A DNA stretch of 32,000 nucleotides. Source: Xylanibacter ruminicola 23. Lineage in GTDB: Bacteria > Bacteroidota > Bacteroidia > Bacteroidales > Bacteroidaceae. Below are positions 14,661 through 23,741 of the stretch, one piece after another; the first letter of the stretch is position 1; each line of letters starts with the position of its first letter. The notes below the pieces were generated by a model. It was not told the origin of the DNA, did not search any database, and worked only from the letters and a program-made list of their open reading frames with translations. A program made the translations under genes and the position numbers. The stretch is taken from positions 2,220,001-2,252,000 of the forward strand of contig NC_014033.1 in assembly GCF_000025925.1 (NCBI RefSeq), given 5' to 3'.

Positions 14661-16031
14661 ATGGAACCAATTAACGACTTTTTTTCGCTGATGAGTTCAT
14701 TCCTCTGGGGATGGCCTATGATAGTGCTGCTGCTTGGTACGCACCTGTTCCTGACGTTCAGGTTACGCATACCTCAGCGCAAACTGTTCACAGGCATCAA
14801 GCTATCCGTAAAGAAAGACTCAAAGGCCGAAGGCGACGTGAGTCAGTTCGGAGCCTTAGCCACCGCACTGGCAGCCACCATTGGTACAGGTAACATTGTA
14901 GGTGTGGCCACAGCCGTAGCCCTGGGCGGGCCAGGTGCTGTACTGTGGTGTTGGCTCACAGGTATCTTCGGTATGTCGACGAAATATGCCGAGGGACTGC
15001 TAGCCGTGAAATACCGCGTAAAAACAGCCGATGGCAGAATGCTTGGCGGTCCGATGTACGCCTTGGAGCGTGGTTTGGGCATGAAGTGGTTAGGCATTCT
15101 GTTTGCCATTTTTACGGCTTTGGCCTCGTTTGGTATCGGCTGTACGGTGCAGGCCAACTCGATAGCCCTGCTGGCACACGAAACATTCGGAGTACCTGCC
15201 TGGATTATAGGTTTAACCGTTTGTCTGCTCACCGCTTTGGTTATCTTAGGCGGTGTAAAAGCCATTGCCAAGGTGTGTACGGTGCTGGTACCTTTCATGG
15301 CACTGCTGTATGTACTGGGGTGCATCGCCATACTTTGTATTAACAACAGCTATGTGTGGCCAGCCATCCAACTGATTATCAATTCGGCTTTCAACCCATC
15401 GGCTGCAGGTGGCGGATTTGTAGGCGCCACAGTGATGATGGCCGCCCGTTATGGTATTGCCCGTGGCTTGTTCAGTAACGAGAGCGGACTGGGTAGCGCC
15501 CCAATTGTGGCAGCTGCCGCCCAGACACGTAACCCCGTGCGCCAGGCCTTGGTGTCGAGCACAGCCACCTTCTGGGACACCGTCGTTATCTGTGCACTTA
15601 CAGGATTGGTATTGGTAAGCAGCATCCTGGCCTACCCCGACATTACCTATGCCGATGGCGCAGCACTTACCAAAGTGGCCTTCTCGAAAATCCCTTACGT
15701 AGGTGCGCCCTTGTTGGCATTCGGTATTCTGACGTTTGCTTTCAGCACCATCATTGGCTGGAGTTACTATGGCGAGAGTGCTGTAAACTATCTTGAAGGC
15801 AGAAGAACCAATCGTTTCTACCGCATTCTGTTTATCGTGTCGCTCTTCTTCGGCTCTATCATTAATCTGGACATTATCTGGAATATTGCCGACTGCATGA
15901 ACGCGTTGATGGCGATACCTAACTTGATAGCCCTGCTACTGCTAAGCGGTGTGGCTGCCCAGGAAACCAAGAAATACCTGTGGAGCAACCGTTTGGACGA
16001 CGAGATGGAAGAAGTGAAAGATGAAATATAA
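14661..16031 (+). CDS. Alanine/glycine:cation (sodium) symporter, AGCS family
   Basis: 456 aa and multi-TM. Typical AGCS motifs are present: GDVSQFGALATALAATIGTGNIVGVATA, GGPGAVLWCWL, YAEGLLAVKYR, GGPMYALERGLG, GLFSNESGLGSAPI and IIGWSYYGE. Confidence 0.9.
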   Translation: MEPINDFFSLMSSFLWGWPMIVLLLGTHLFLTFRLRIPQRKLFTGIKLSVKKDSKAEGDVSQFGALATALAATIGTGNIVGVATAVALGGPGAVLWCWLTGIFGMSTKYAEGLLAVKYRVKTADGRMLGGPMYALERGLGMKWLGILFAIFTALASFGIGCTVQANSIALLAHETFGVPAWIIGLTVCLLTALVILGGVKAIAKVCTVLVPFMALLYVLGCIAILCINNSYVWPAIQLIINSAFNPSAAGGGFVGATVMMAARYGIARGLFSNESGLGSAPIVAAAAQTRNPVRQALVSSTATFWDTVVICALTGLVLVSSILAYPDITYADGAALTKVAFSKIPYVGAPLLAFGILTFAFSTIIGWSYYGESAVNYLEGRRTNRFYRILFIVSLFFGSIINLDIIWNIADCMNALMAIPNLIALLLLSGVAAQETKKYLWSNRLDDEMEEVKDEI

Positions 16032-16062
16032 GGTGACAATCTATTAATAATTAAACCAAGGT

Positions 16063-17232
16063 ATGAGAAAAAACATTTTAATGCTGGCCGTAGCTATGAT
16101 TGCGGCAATGTGCGTAACCACGTCGTGCGGAAACAAAGCCCAGAAACAGGACGAAACGCAGGCTGGACAAGTGAACAACTTCCGCATTAAGCGCGGTACC
16201 AACATCAGTCACTGGCTGTCGCAGAGCGAGCAGCGTGGCGAGGCCCGTCGCCTACACATTCAGGAGGACGACTTTGCACGTCTGGAGGAGTTAGGATTCG
16301 ACTTTGTACGTATTCCCATCGACGAGGTACAGTTCTGGGACGAGGACGGCAAGCAGCTGCCCGAGGCTTGGGGATTGCTGAACAACGCACTCGATTGGGC
16401 TAAGAAGCACAACCTGCGCGCTATTGTGGATCTGCACATTATCCGCTCACACTACTTTAACGCAGCAAACGAGGACGATAAAGCTGCTAACACCCTGTTT
16501 ACTTCAGAGGAGTCGCAGCAAGGACTGATTAACCTATGGAAGCAGCTGTCGGACACCTTGAAGAACCGCAGCAACGACTGGGTGGCTTACGAGTTTATGA
16601 ACGAGCCTGTAGCACCCGAGCACGAGCAGTGGAACCAGCTGGTAGCCAAGGTACACAAGGCCCTGCGCGAACTGGAGCCACAGCGTACACTGGTGATTGG
16701 TAGTAACATGTGGCAGGGACACGAGACCATGAAGTACCTGAAGGTGCCCGAGGGCGACAAGAATATCATCCTGAGTTTCCACTACTACAACCCCATGATT
16801 CTGACACACTATGGTGCTTGGTGGACACCACTGGGTAAGTATCAGGGCAAGGTGAACTATCCTGGTGTGCTGGTATCGAAGGAGGATTACGAGGCAGCTC
16901 CTGCTGAGATTAAGGACCAGCTGAAGCCTTACACCGAGCAGGTATGGGATATCAACACCATCCGTGCACAGTTTAAGGATGCCATCGAAGCTGCCAAGAA
17001 GTACGACCTGCAGCTGTTCTGCGGTGAGTGGGGTGTTTACGAGCCAGTGGACCGCGAGTTGGCTTACAACTGGACACGCGATATGCTGACCGTATTCGAC
17101 GAGTACAACATTGCCTGGACAACCTGGTGCTACGATGCCGACTTTGGTTTCTGGGATCAGCAGCGCCACACCTTCAAGGACCGTCCATTGGTTGAGTTGC
17201 TGATGAGTGGCAAAAAACTGGGAGAGGAATGA
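16063..17232 (+). CDS. Glycoside hydrolase family 5 (cellulase-family endo-beta-glycanase) lipoprotein
   Basis: MRKNILMLAVAMIAAMCVTTSCG carries a lipobox. The GH5 signatures are RIPI, YEFMNEP (acid/base Glu in NEP), HYY and FCGEWG (nucleophile Glu). Confidence 0.85.
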   Translation: MRKNILMLAVAMIAAMCVTTSCGNKAQKQDETQAGQVNNFRIKRGTNISHWLSQSEQRGEARRLHIQEDDFARLEELGFDFVRIPIDEVQFWDEDGKQLPEAWGLLNNALDWAKKHNLRAIVDLHIIRSHYFNAANEDDKAANTLFTSEESQQGLINLWKQLSDTLKNRSNDWVAYEFMNEPVAPEHEQWNQLVAKVHKALRELEPQRTLVIGSNMWQGHETMKYLKVPEGDKNIILSFHYYNPMILTHYGAWWTPLGKYQGKVNYPGVLVSKEDYEAAPAEIKDQLKPYTEQVWDINTIRAQFKDAIEAAKKYDLQLFCGEWGVYEPVDRELAYNWTRDMLTVFDEYNIAWTTWCYDADFGFWDQQRHTFKDRPLVELLMSGKKLGEE

Positions 17233-17582
17233 AGAAAATAATACTGCCAATATTGGCGATACTGATATTAACGGCTTGTGGCGAGACGAAGACCCGACAG
17301 GAAATCAATCGCCGCAAGGCCGCTTTGGTTGAGAAACAGGCAACCGAGTTGAAGAAAGCACAGGCCGAATTATGGAAGACCGACAGCCTGTTGCAGTTAA
17401 CCAATCAAAAATTTGATTCATTGACCAAGGAGGTAGAGGCGCACAAGCAGGCGCTGAAGGCTACACCCGAAGAATTGACTGCCCTGACACAACTGCGCAT
17501 AAAACGCGATTCCATCCGCACTCAATACGAAGCTTTGGGGCTGAAAATCCGCTATATACACAAAAAGCAGAAAGAAAAGTAG
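17229..17582 (+). CDS. Hypothetical coiled-coil lipoprotein (117 aa)
   Basis: MKKIILPILAILILTACG carries a lipobox. The remainder is Lys/Glu/Gln-rich heptad-like sequence. There is an ATGA overlap with the GH5 stop. Confidence 0.55.
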   Translation: MKKIILPILAILILTACGETKTRQEINRRKAALVEKQATELKKAQAELWKTDSLLQLTNQKFDSLTKEVEAHKQALKATPEELTALTQLRIKRDSIRTQYEALGLKIRYIHKKQKEK

Positions 17583-17611
17583 CAGTTCGCAGACATGCTA
17601 ACTTCAAAAAA

Positions 17612-17654
17612 AGTGAAAAGTGGCTAAAAAGTTTTCCACTTTTCACTATTTTTT
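17612..17654 (+). terminator. Rho-independent terminator
   Basis: 12-bp stem AGTGAAAAGTGG (17612-17623) / CCACTTTTCACT (17636-17647), followed by ATTTTTTG. Confidence 0.7.
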
Positions 17655-17655
17655 G

Positions 17656-17663
17656 TACCTTTG
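17656..17663 (+). promoter_or_regulatory. Bacteroidetes -7 promoter box (TACCTTTG) with a very short leader to the ATG at 17672
   Basis: Exact TAnnTTTG match, 8 nt upstream of the start codon. Confidence 0.5.
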
Positions 17664-17671
17664 CACCCGAT

Positions 17672-18238
17672 ATGACCCAATTTGAAAAGACAAACGCTCA
17701 GTTTGAGCAGGCTCTGGCAGAATGCAGAGCACTGTTCGAGAAGAAGCTGCACGACTACAAAGCGTCGTGGCGCATCCTGCGTCCCACGGCATTAACCGAT
17801 CAGTTGTTTATCAAAGCCAAGCGCATCCGCTCGCTCGAGATTAAGAAAGAATCGCTGGTGGGCGAAGGCATACGTCCGGAGTTTATCGCACTGATTAACT
17901 ACGGCATTGTAGGTCTTATCCAGCTGGCTAAGGGATTTGCTGATACGGTTGACATCAGCAACAGCGAGGCCATGGCACTCTACGACGAGCATGCCAAGGA
18001 GGCCCTGGAACTGATGAAGCGTAAGAACCACGACTACGACGAGGCGTGGCGCGGCATGAGGGTTAGTAGCTATACCGACCTGATTCTGACAAAAATTGAA
18101 CGTATCAAGGAGATCGAGAACTTGCAGGGCGAGACACTCGTGAGCGAGGGTATCGATGCCAACTATATGGATATCATTAACTACGCGGTCTTTGGAGTAA
18201 TTAAATTATCGGAGGACGACGATAACGCCACAGCATGA
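17672..18238 (+). CDS. DUF1599 domain-containing protein (two tandem DUF1599 repeats)
   Basis: There is an internal duplication: KKLHDYKASWRILRPTALTDQLFIKAKRIRSLE...NYGIVGLI and RKNHDYDEAWRGMRVSSYTDLILTKIERIKEIE...NYAVFGVI. The conserved Bacteroidales synteny with a BT_3928-type gene and tpiA is recalled from memory. Confidence 0.7.
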   Translation: MTQFEKTNAQFEQALAECRALFEKKLHDYKASWRILRPTALTDQLFIKAKRIRSLEIKKESLVGEGIRPEFIALINYGIVGLIQLAKGFADTVDISNSEAMALYDEHAKEALELMKRKNHDYDEAWRGMRVSSYTDLILTKIERIKEIENLQGETLVSEGIDANYMDIINYAVFGVIKLSEDDDNATA

Positions 18239-19395
18239 AGAAAGCTGCCGTTAACATCTGCCGAATAGTGCTGGCACTGACGTTTATCTTCTCAGGATTC
18301 GTCAAAGCCGTTGACCCACTGGGAACACAGTACAAGATACAGGATTACCTGGTGGCAATCGGATTAGGGCGCATGATGCCCGACTTTACCACGCTGGCCT
18401 CATCGGTACTGTTGGCAGCCACCGAATTCTTCTTAGGCATCTGCTTGCTGTTTGCCATCAGGCGTCGCATTGTATCGAAGCTGGTGCTGGCCATCATGGT
18501 CGTAATGACACCGCTCACACTCTGGCTGGCCTTGAGCAACCCTATCAGCGATTGCGGTTGTTTTGGCGACGCGCTGGTGCTTACCAACTGGCAAACGCTG
18601 TGGAAGAACGTGATACTGCTGGGCGCAGCCATCGTGGTATGGAAATGGCCATTGGAGCAGGCACGACTCATCAGTCAGAGCAATCAGTGGATAGTGATGA
18701 ACTACAGCTTGGTGTTCATTCTGCTGTTTATCTCGGGCAAGAGTCTGTACACCCTACCCCAGTTCGATTTCCGTCCCTACCACATTGGAGCCGACATACG
18801 CGAGGGTTGGACAAAGATGATGGAAGGCGAGGATTCGCCCTACACCGATTTGTTTATCGAGCAGGTGAGCGATGGCGAGGACCTGACGGAGCAGATACTT
18901 ACCGACGAGGGATACACCTTCCTGTTGGTTGCCCCGCATCTGGAACAGGCCGACGACTCACGATTGGACGAGATTAACCAGATGTACGAGTACAGTCTGG
19001 ATAACGGTTATCCGTTCTACTGTCTGACAGCCAGTGGCGAGAAAGCCATCGAGAGCTGGCGCGACCTGACAGGTGCCGAATACGCCTTCTGCCAGACCGA
19101 CGACATCACACTGAAAACGATGATTCGCTCGAACCCTGGACTGCTGTTGCTCAAGGATGGTAAGGTGATACGCAAGTGGAGCCACAACAACCTGCCCACC
19201 GAGGAGGAGTTGACCACCAAGCTTGAAGACAGCGAATTAGGCCAGTTGCCCACCGAGACCGTAACCACCAAGATACTGTGGGTATTAACGTGGTTTGTAC
19301 TACCGCTGGTACTCCTGACGATTGCCGACCGCCTCTGGGCTTGGACCAAGTGGGTGAGACGAGAGAAGGATACTGTGGATAGTGACAGTGAATAG
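18235..19395 (+). CDS. DoxX-like membrane protein with a C-terminal thioredoxin-like domain (BT_3928-family type)
   Basis: The N-terminal ~150 aa contain 4 TM segments (IVLALTFIFSGFVKAVDP...CGCFG). A soluble domain and a final TM follow. There is an ATGA overlap with the upstream gene. The family name is from memory. Confidence 0.55.
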   Translation: MKKAAVNICRIVLALTFIFSGFVKAVDPLGTQYKIQDYLVAIGLGRMMPDFTTLASSVLLAATEFFLGICLLFAIRRRIVSKLVLAIMVVMTPLTLWLALSNPISDCGCFGDALVLTNWQTLWKNVILLGAAIVVWKWPLEQARLISQSNQWIVMNYSLVFILLFISGKSLYTLPQFDFRPYHIGADIREGWTKMMEGEDSPYTDLFIEQVSDGEDLTEQILTDEGYTFLLVAPHLEQADDSRLDEINQMYEYSLDNGYPFYCLTASGEKAIESWRDLTGAEYAFCQTDDITLKTMIRSNPGLLLLKDGKVIRKWSHNNLPTEEELTTKLEDSELGQLPTETVTTKILWVLTWFVLPLVLLTIADRLWAWTKWVRREKDTVDSDSE

Positions 19396-19416
19396 TGATT
19401 AGTGAATAGTGATTAG
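19375..19416 (+). repeat. Heptamer-phased array GTGAWTA (6 units, including a perfect 14-mer duplication) running across the stop codon at 19393-19395
   Basis: GTGGATA GTGACA GTGAATA GTGATTA GTGAATA GTGATTA G. The 14-mer GTGAATAGTGATTA occurs at 19388-19401 and again at 19402-19415. Confidence 0.8.
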
Positions 19417-19445
19417 TTTTTTACATTATAAAATTTAGTAGAATT

Positions 19446-20207
19446 ATGAGAAAGAAAATTGTAGCAGGAAACTGGAAGATGAACATGAATCTCCAGGATG
19501 GTATCGCTCTTGCAAAGGAGCTGAACGAGACTCTGAAGGCTGACAAGCCAAACTGTGGTGTAGTAATCTGCACTCCATTCATCCACCTCGCATCTATCGC
19601 ACAGTTCCTCGACCAGGACATCATCGGCCTGGGTGCTGAGAACTGCGCTGACAAGGAGAAGGGTGCCTTCACTGGTGAGGTTAGTGCCGAGATGGTAAAG
19701 AGCACAGGTGCTCAGTACGTTATTCTGGGTCACTCAGAGCGTCGTGAGTACTACAAGGAGACTCCAGAGATCCTGAAGGAGAAGGTGCTTCTGGCTCAGA
19801 AGAACGATCTGAAGGTTATCTTCTGTATCGGTGAGAGCCTGGAGGAGCGCGAGGCTGGCAAGCAGAACGAGGTAGTAAAGGCCGAGCTCGAGGGTTCAGT
19901 ATTCAACCTCTCTGAGGAGGACTTCCGTAAGATCGTTATCGCCTACGAGCCAATCTGGGCTATCGGTACCGGTAAGACCGCTACTGCTGAGCAGGCTGAG
20001 GAGATCCACGCTTACATCCGTTCAATCATCGCCGAGAAGTATGGTCAGGCTGTAGCTGACGACACTACTATCCTTTACGGTGGTAGCTGCAAGGCTAGCA
20101 ACGCTCCTGAGCTGTTTGCTAAGCCCGACATCGATGGTGGTCTGATTGGTGGTGCTTCATTGAAGGCTGCCGACTTCAAGGGTATTATCGACGCTTGGAA
20201 GAAGTAA
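19446..20207 (+). CDS. tpiA: Triose-phosphate isomerase
   Basis: [27 protein letters not shown] and YGGS..A.N are the canonical TIM motifs. 253 aa. Confidence 0.95.
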   Translation: MRKKIVAGNWKMNMNLQDGIALAKELNETLKADKPNCGVVICTPFIHLASIAQFLDQDIIGLGAENCADKEKGAFTGEVSAEMVKSTGAQYVILGHSERREYYKETPEILKEKVLLAQKNDLKVIFCIGESLEEREAGKQNEVVKAELEGSVFNLSEEDFRKIVIAYEPIWAIGTGKTATAEQAEEIHAYIRSIIAEKYGQAVADDTTILYGGSCKASNAPELFAKPDIDGGLIGGASLKAADFKGIIDAWKK

Positions 20208-20212
20208 TCGCA

Positions 20213-20842
20213 GTGAAACGATTAATGACTATAATGACGCTTTGCATCGGCTGCTTTATGGTGGCCGATGCTCAGTCGTCGTTTACCAAGAGGCTGCAAC
20301 AGAGCAAGAACGGCGAGGGCAAGATAACCCTTACGCAGACTAAGGCCATCGACGAGCTGGTTAACGGTCCGGCTACTACTGCGGCTACCACAGGTACTAC
20401 ACCTGTACACCCCAAGAACACTCAGAAACAAACAGAGAAGAAAGAAAACAATACTGCTACAAACACAAATCAGGATAAGGAAACAAAGCCGAAGGTACAG
20501 CCCGTAGTGGTTGAACACAACGACACCGTGAGTCTTGACAACCCCGAGGAAATCCAGAAAAAGATTATGAAGGGTACCAAGGTGCCAGGCTATCGCGTAC
20601 AGGTGTATGCAGGCGGCAACTCACGTAACGACCGTATCAAGGCCGAAAGAATAGGCAGTGAGATCAAGGGATTGTTCCCTGGCGTACCTGTCTATGTACA
20701 TTTCTACTCACCACGATGGATATGCCGCATGGGCAACTATCGTACCTACGAGGAGGCACACGAGGTGCTGGAGCGTGTAAAGCGCAACGGCTACCAGTCG
20801 GCCATCATCGTAAAAGGAAAAATCACCGTACAATATCAATAA
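20213..20842 (+). CDS. SPOR domain-containing protein
   Basis: A signal or anchor sequence ([21 protein letters not shown]) is followed by a Thr/Lys/Gln-rich linker. The C-terminal SPOR-like domain reads [22 protein letters not shown]...[27 protein letters not shown]. The start is either GTG 20213 or ATG 20225; the track start at 20195 overlaps tpiA. Confidence 0.7.
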   Translation: MKRLMTIMTLCIGCFMVADAQSSFTKRLQQSKNGEGKITLTQTKAIDELVNGPATTAATTGTTPVHPKNTQKQTEKKENNTATNTNQDKETKPKVQPVVVEHNDTVSLDNPEEIQKKIMKGTKVPGYRVQVYAGGNSRNDRIKAERIGSEIKGLFPGVPVYVHFYSPRWICRMGNYRTYEEAHEVLERVKRNGYQSAIIVKGKITVQYQ

Positions 20843-21447
20843 TGAATATAGAGATTAAGGAATACGACAACGAGAAATATCGCGATGGAATCGAGGAATT
20901 AGCCGACCACTACGAGAAGATACTCGGCCTTTTGGGCGAGGATCCTACCCGTGAGGGTTTGGAAAAGACCCCTATGCGCGTGGCCAAAGCCATGCAGGTG
21001 CTGACCAAAGGCTACACAATGGATGCCCACAAGATTCTGACCGATGCCCTGTTTAAGGAGGACTACAACCAGATGGTGATTGTAAAGGACATCGACTTTT
21101 TCTCGCTGTGCGAACACCACATGCTGCCATTCTACGGTAAGGCACACGTGGCTTATATCCCTAACGGCTACATCACCGGTCTGTCGAAGATAGCCCGCGT
21201 GGTGGATATCTTTGCCCACCGTCTGCAGGTTCAGGAGCGCATGACGCAGCAGATTAAGGACTGCATTGAGCAAACCCTGCACCCCTTAGGTGTGATGGTG
21301 GTGATCGAGGCCAAGCACATGTGCATGCAGATGCGCGGTGTGGAGAAACAGAATAGCATTACTACAACAAGCGACTTCAGCGGTGCCTTTAATCAGGCTA
21401 AGACCCGCCAGGAGTTTATGAACCTCATACACAATAATCAAATCTAA
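20842..21447 (+). CDS. folE: GTP cyclohydrolase I
   Basis: [56 protein letters not shown] and [13 protein letters not shown] are canonical FolE motifs. The ATG at 20842 shares one base with the SPOR stop codon (TAATG). Confidence 0.95.
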   Translation: MNIEIKEYDNEKYRDGIEELADHYEKILGLLGEDPTREGLEKTPMRVAKAMQVLTKGYTMDAHKILTDALFKEDYNQMVIVKDIDFFSLCEHHMLPFYGKAHVAYIPNGYITGLSKIARVVDIFAHRLQVQERMTQQIKDCIEQTLHPLGVMVVIEAKHMCMQMRGVEKQNSITTTSDFSGAFNQAKTRQEFMNLIHNNQI

Positions 21448-21459
21448 AACAAAAAAGGT

Positions 21460-22050
21460 ATGTATCAAGCTGACATTGACAACAACACCAACTACAGAAC
21501 CAACGAGTCGTTTACACAGGAGTTTACCCGCAGCTGTCTGGGCCGCATACTCATCTTCGGCGTCATTATCCTGGTAGGTATGCTGGTAGCTTACTTTACC
21601 GCTCCTAAAGAGGAAGACATGAACGAGGAGATGACCGATAACCTGATGCAGTGCCTGGAGGTTAACGACGGTATCAAGGGCGATGTAGTGGATGACTATG
21701 TACACAACTTGACATTTATCTTTACCACCGCAGATACCACAGTGATACCACAGGACGACTTGGAGATTTTCCACAAGTACAACCGTCTGATATCCTATCG
21801 TCATACGTTCTACTCAACATCTTACCTCCACAACAACATGCACCCCGAGGGCACTCGCGTAGGTGTAGGTATGTTCGGCATCATCATCCCAACGGTATTC
21901 TTCGAGGATATCCTGCTGGAGGTTGGCACGATTCACAAAGGCTACGAGCAGCGCCTGAATCAGCCTGAAGTTAAAGAGCCCGAGGAGGTAGATCTGGGCC
22001 AGACACCTGAAATCCGCGAGTTCCACTACAAGGGCAACGAGGACGACTAA
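21460..22050 (+). CDS. Hypothetical single-pass membrane protein (196 aa)
   Basis: One TM segment (ILIFGVIILVGMLVAYFTA) followed by an acidic soluble region. I recognise no family. The coding call rests on ORF length, codon usage similar to neighbours, and tight spacing after folE. Confidence 0.45.
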   Translation: MYQADIDNNTNYRTNESFTQEFTRSCLGRILIFGVIILVGMLVAYFTAPKEEDMNEEMTDNLMQCLEVNDGIKGDVVDDYVHNLTFIFTTADTTVIPQDDLEIFHKYNRLISYRHTFYSTSYLHNNMHPEGTRVGVGMFGIIIPTVFFEDILLEVGTIHKGYEQRLNQPEVKEPEEVDLGQTPEIREFHYKGNEDD

Positions 22051-22086
22051 TCGCAAACTTACTGCGAACTAATTATTATCAATTAT

Positions 22087-23736
22087 ATGAAGACCAGGAC
22101 TTTACTGAGCATCGCCCTGATGCTCTGTGCCTCAACGAATATGCAGGCACAAAACCATGCTGCAAGCAAGCATGAGAACATAGTTACAAACATGATCGAC
22201 AACCCCATGCTGTGGGCCGATGTACCCGACCCCGACATCATCCGCGTGGGCGATACCTTCTATCTGGTATCCACCACCATGCACCTGATGCCTGGCGCAC
22301 CCATCATGAAGTCGAAAGACCTGAAGAACTGGGAGACCGTGGGTTACATCTTCGACAAGCTGACCGACTCGCCCAAGTACGACCTCTCGCCTACCGAGGG
22401 TACCGTTTACGGACGCGGACAGTGGGCCACATCGCTTAAGTACCACAAGGGTAAGTTCTATGCCCTGCTGGCTCCCAACGAGCGTGGTGCCATGGGCGAT
22501 ACCTATATTTTTACTGCCGACAAGGCCGAGGGTCCATGGAAGATTGTGTCGCGCATGCGCCACTTCCACGACTGCTCGCTGTTCTTCGACGATGACGATC
22601 GTGTGTACGTAGTATATGGTACAGGCGAGATGATGGAGCTGAAGCAGGACCTCTCGGATGTGATTGAAGGCACCCACCGACAGATTTTTAAGCGCGAAGC
22701 CGACGAGACCGGACTGCTTGAGGGTTCGCGTATGATAAAGCATAACGGCAAGTATTACCTGCTAATGATTTCGCATGTGTATGCCCCTGGCCGCCATCGC
22801 CGCGAGGTGTGCTACCGTGCCGATAACATCCAGGGCCCTTACGAGAAGGCTACCATCCTGCAGTCGGAGTTCGGTGGCTTTTCTTACGAGGCACAGGGAA
22901 CCATTGTTGATACCCAGGATGGCGACTGGTATGGTGTGATTTTCCAGGACCGTGGCGGTGTGGGCCGTGTGCTCACCTTGATGCCCTGCCGCTGGATTGA
23001 CGGTTGGCCTATGCTGGGCGACGAGGAAGGTCGTGTGCCCGACCGCGTTCGTGCGCTGAAGAATGGCGAACCCGAGGCATCTATCGTAAAGGCCGACGAC
23101 TTTTCATCAGATAAGTTAGGTTTGCACTGGCAGTGGAATCACAACCCCGTAGATAAGGCCTGGAGCCTGACCGAACGCCCAGGTTACTTGCGACTGAAGA
23201 CCAGTCGTGTGGTGCCCAACCTGTATCTGGCCCCCAACACACTTACCCAGCGCATGGAAGGCCCACAGTGTTCAGGTGCTATCGTGATGGATCTCTCGAA
23301 GATGAAGGATGGCGACTGCGCCGGTCTTTCTGCTTTCAACAGCGATTCAGGTACCCTCACCGTTAAGAAGAACGGCAAGAAGTACACCCTCGAGATGAGC
23401 GAGACCAAGGTGACGCTGAGTCCGCGCGAGAAGAAGGTGGAGAAGGTGGAGGAAAAGGTTGTAGCAACTGTAGCACTGCAACAACTGCAGCAAAAGAAAC
23501 TGTGGCTGCGCATCGATGCCGATTTCCGTCCGCAGGGCGGTCAGGGTATCGACACCGCCAAGTTCTACTACAGCCTCGACGGCCAGGAGTGGCAGCAGAT
23601 TGGCAGCGACTACCGTCTGAAGTTCGACTGGCAGCGCTTCTTCATGGGTTCAAAATTCGGTATCTTCAACTACGCCACCAAGAAGGTGGGCGGCTACGTG
23701 GATATCGACGAGTTTGCATATAACAAAATCAAATAA
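22087..23736 (+). CDS. Glycoside hydrolase family 43 (beta-xylosidase / alpha-L-arabinofuranosidase type) with a C-terminal concanavalin-like beta-sandwich
   Basis: Signal peptide present. NPMLWADVPDPDIIRVGDTFYLVSTT (catalytic Asp region), WATSLKY..GKFY, EGSRMIKHNGKYYL (catalytic Glu) and DGDWYGVIFQD mark the GH43 domain. The C-terminal ~200 aa resemble the GH43_C2 domain. Confidence 0.85.
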   Translation: MKTRTLLSIALMLCASTNMQAQNHAASKHENIVTNMIDNPMLWADVPDPDIIRVGDTFYLVSTTMHLMPGAPIMKSKDLKNWETVGYIFDKLTDSPKYDLSPTEGTVYGRGQWATSLKYHKGKFYALLAPNERGAMGDTYIFTADKAEGPWKIVSRMRHFHDCSLFFDDDDRVYVVYGTGEMMELKQDLSDVIEGTHRQIFKREADETGLLEGSRMIKHNGKYYLLMISHVYAPGRHRREVCYRADNIQGPYEKATILQSEFGGFSYEAQGTIVDTQDGDWYGVIFQDRGGVGRVLTLMPCRWIDGWPMLGDEEGRVPDRVRALKNGEPEASIVKADDFSSDKLGLHWQWNHNPVDKAWSLTERPGYLRLKTSRVVPNLYLAPNTLTQRMEGPQCSGAIVMDLSKMKDGDCAGLSAFNSDSGTLTVKKNGKKYTLEMSETKVTLSPREKKVEKVEEKVVATVALQQLQQKKLWLRIDADFRPQGGQGIDTAKFYYSLDGQEWQQIGSDYRLKFDWQRFFMGSKFGIFNYATKKVGGYVDIDEFAYNKIK

Positions 23737-23741
23737 TCATT

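Noticed and set aside
803-19416. Heptamer and 14-mer tandem arrays considered as a CRISPR array or a known mobile repeat
   Set aside because: The units are 7-14 nt, directly abutting with no spacers, and differ in sequence between loci. There are no cas genes. They are microsatellite-like, not CRISPR or MITE.
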